Positions 63,065 to 64,000 of a stretch of DNA of 64,000 nt are shown here, piece after piece. A model generated the notes under the pieces. The model was given only the letters and a program-made list of their open reading frames with translations. It was not told where the DNA came from and searched no databases. Source of the DNA: a virus. Lineage: Duplodnaviria; Caudoviricetes. The position numbers and the translations under genes are program-made. Within the stretch, counting starts at the first letter, position 1; each line of letters begins with the position of its first letter. Location: positions 102,913-166,912 of IMG/VR virus record IMGVR_UViG_3300032295_003840, one strand, 5' to 3'.

Positions 63065-64000
63065 TTATGCACCATAGCGTTGCATGAATTGATCTACACA
63101 TTCGCCAATATAATCGATTTGTTCAGCTGTGATAACTGGACTGGTTCCATGGAACAGCGTATTCATTGTAGCATAAGTAGCCACAGGGAATCGATTAATG
63201 GCATTCTCAGCTTCGGGCAGATGTGTATAGGCTGGCTGAAGCATGATGTTGCCGGCAAAATATGGACGTGTCTGTATCTTACAATCCTCCAGGTAGTCAA
63301 CGAATTGAGTTCTCGTAAATGGCGAACCGCTTCGTATCGTCAATGGAAAAGCAAACCAGCTAGGATTGCTGTATTGCTGTGCTCGGGGTAAATGGAAATA
63401 GGCTTCATACTTCTCATATATTTTAAACAGTCTAGCATAATTCTCACGCCGACGTCGATGGATCTCAGGCAATTTATTGATTTGAATCAGTCCCATGCTG
63501 CCCTGCAGCTCAATGGGTTTAAGATTGAACCCAATCTCATCATAGACATACTTGTGATCAAAGATCTGACCAGGCAGGCTAGGCAACCATTCACTGAAGC
63601 GTTGCTTGCAGGTACCACACTTGAGCTTGTTGGCTTCAGGGCCTACACAGTAGCAACCACGACCCCATTCACGGAACGATGTAAGTATGGTAGCAGTATC
63701 TTTGTCCTTGGCAACCACAAATCCACCTTCGCCCATGGTCATGTGATGTGCAGGATAGAATGAACAGCTGGCCATGTCACCGAAGCTGCCCAGAGGCTGA
63801 TCGCGATAGGTACTGCCCAGAGCATCGCAGCAGTCTTCTAACAGCACCAGGTCATGGCGTTTGACCAGATCCATGACCCAGTCCATGTTGGGTGGATTGC
63901 CTAGTACATGTGCAAAGGTAATGACACGAATGTCATGTTCACGAATCAGTTCTTCGGCACGAGTCAGATCAATGTTCAGTGTGTCTAGTTCGATGTCTAG
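63065..64000 (-). CDS. rfbH: RfbH/DdhC-type NDP-4-keto-6-deoxyhexose 3-dehydrase (PMP, 2Fe-2S); partial, start outside the window
   Basis: FAHVLGNP, LEDCCDALGS, SFYPAHHMTMGEGG (His at the Lys position, diagnostic of E1), WGRGCYC, CG.C, DHKYVY; frame open to 64000. Confidence 0.92.
   Translation of the reverse strand, partial: LDIELDTLNIDLTRAEELIREHDIRVITFAHVLGNPPNMDWVMDLVKRHDLVLLEDCCDALGSTYRDQPLGSFGDMASCSFYPAHHMTMGEGGFVVAKDKDTATILTSFREWGRGCYCVGPEANKLKCGTCKQRFSEWLPSLPGQIFDHKYVYDEIGFNLKPIELQGSMGLIQINKLPEIHRRRRENYARLFKIYEKYEAYFHLPRAQQYSNPSWFAFPLTIRSGSPFTRTQFVDYLEDCKIQTRPYFAGNIMLQPAYTHLPEAENAINRFPVATYATMNTLFHGTSPVITAEQIDYIGECVDQFMQRYGA

Noticed and set aside
1-64000. Stop-codon reassignment, introns/inteins or a diversity-generating retroelement
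   Set aside because: Core genes are full length in the standard code and TAA, TAG and TGA all terminate genes. No reverse transcriptase, TR/VR pair or interrupted gene was seen by eye.

Overview
This 64 kb window is a densely coding segment of a large T4-like myovirus genome. It lies almost entirely on the minus strand, with one plus-strand block at 21571-26881. From left to right it contains: (i) a baseplate/tail module (a >1859 aa DUF4815/VrlC-like protein running off the window, gp8, gp7, gp6, gp25, PAAR, gp5, hub protein, gp53, gp48, gp4, gp2, gp54, gp26, gp51, a holin and a tape-measure-like protein); (ii) gp32, gp59, gp33; (iii) a host-derived accessory island at about 30.8-34.4 kb; (iv) an exonuclease, a GH19 endolysin and a first sugar/glycosylation cluster; (v) phoH, uvsE, DNA ligase, dsbA, rnh and many small early genes behind near-consensus sigma70 promoters; (vi) dCMP deaminase and a second, larger unusual-sugar cluster that continues past the right edge. 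The best candidates for undescribed biology are mostly missing from the ORF track: a phage pqqA peptide gene; a PlcP-type phospholipase C plus glycosyltransferase behind a Pho-box-like repeat (possible phage-driven membrane lipid remodelling); a circularly permuted two-piece tmRNA; a T-TTT-TTC slippery site that would fuse gp26 to gp51; a gp5 spike with two peptidoglycan hydrolase domains; and an RfbH/ThDP-enzyme/sugar-phosphate-cyclase operon. The host is probably a betaproteobacterium (inference). All product calls come from motif recognition and synteny by eye; no searches were run.
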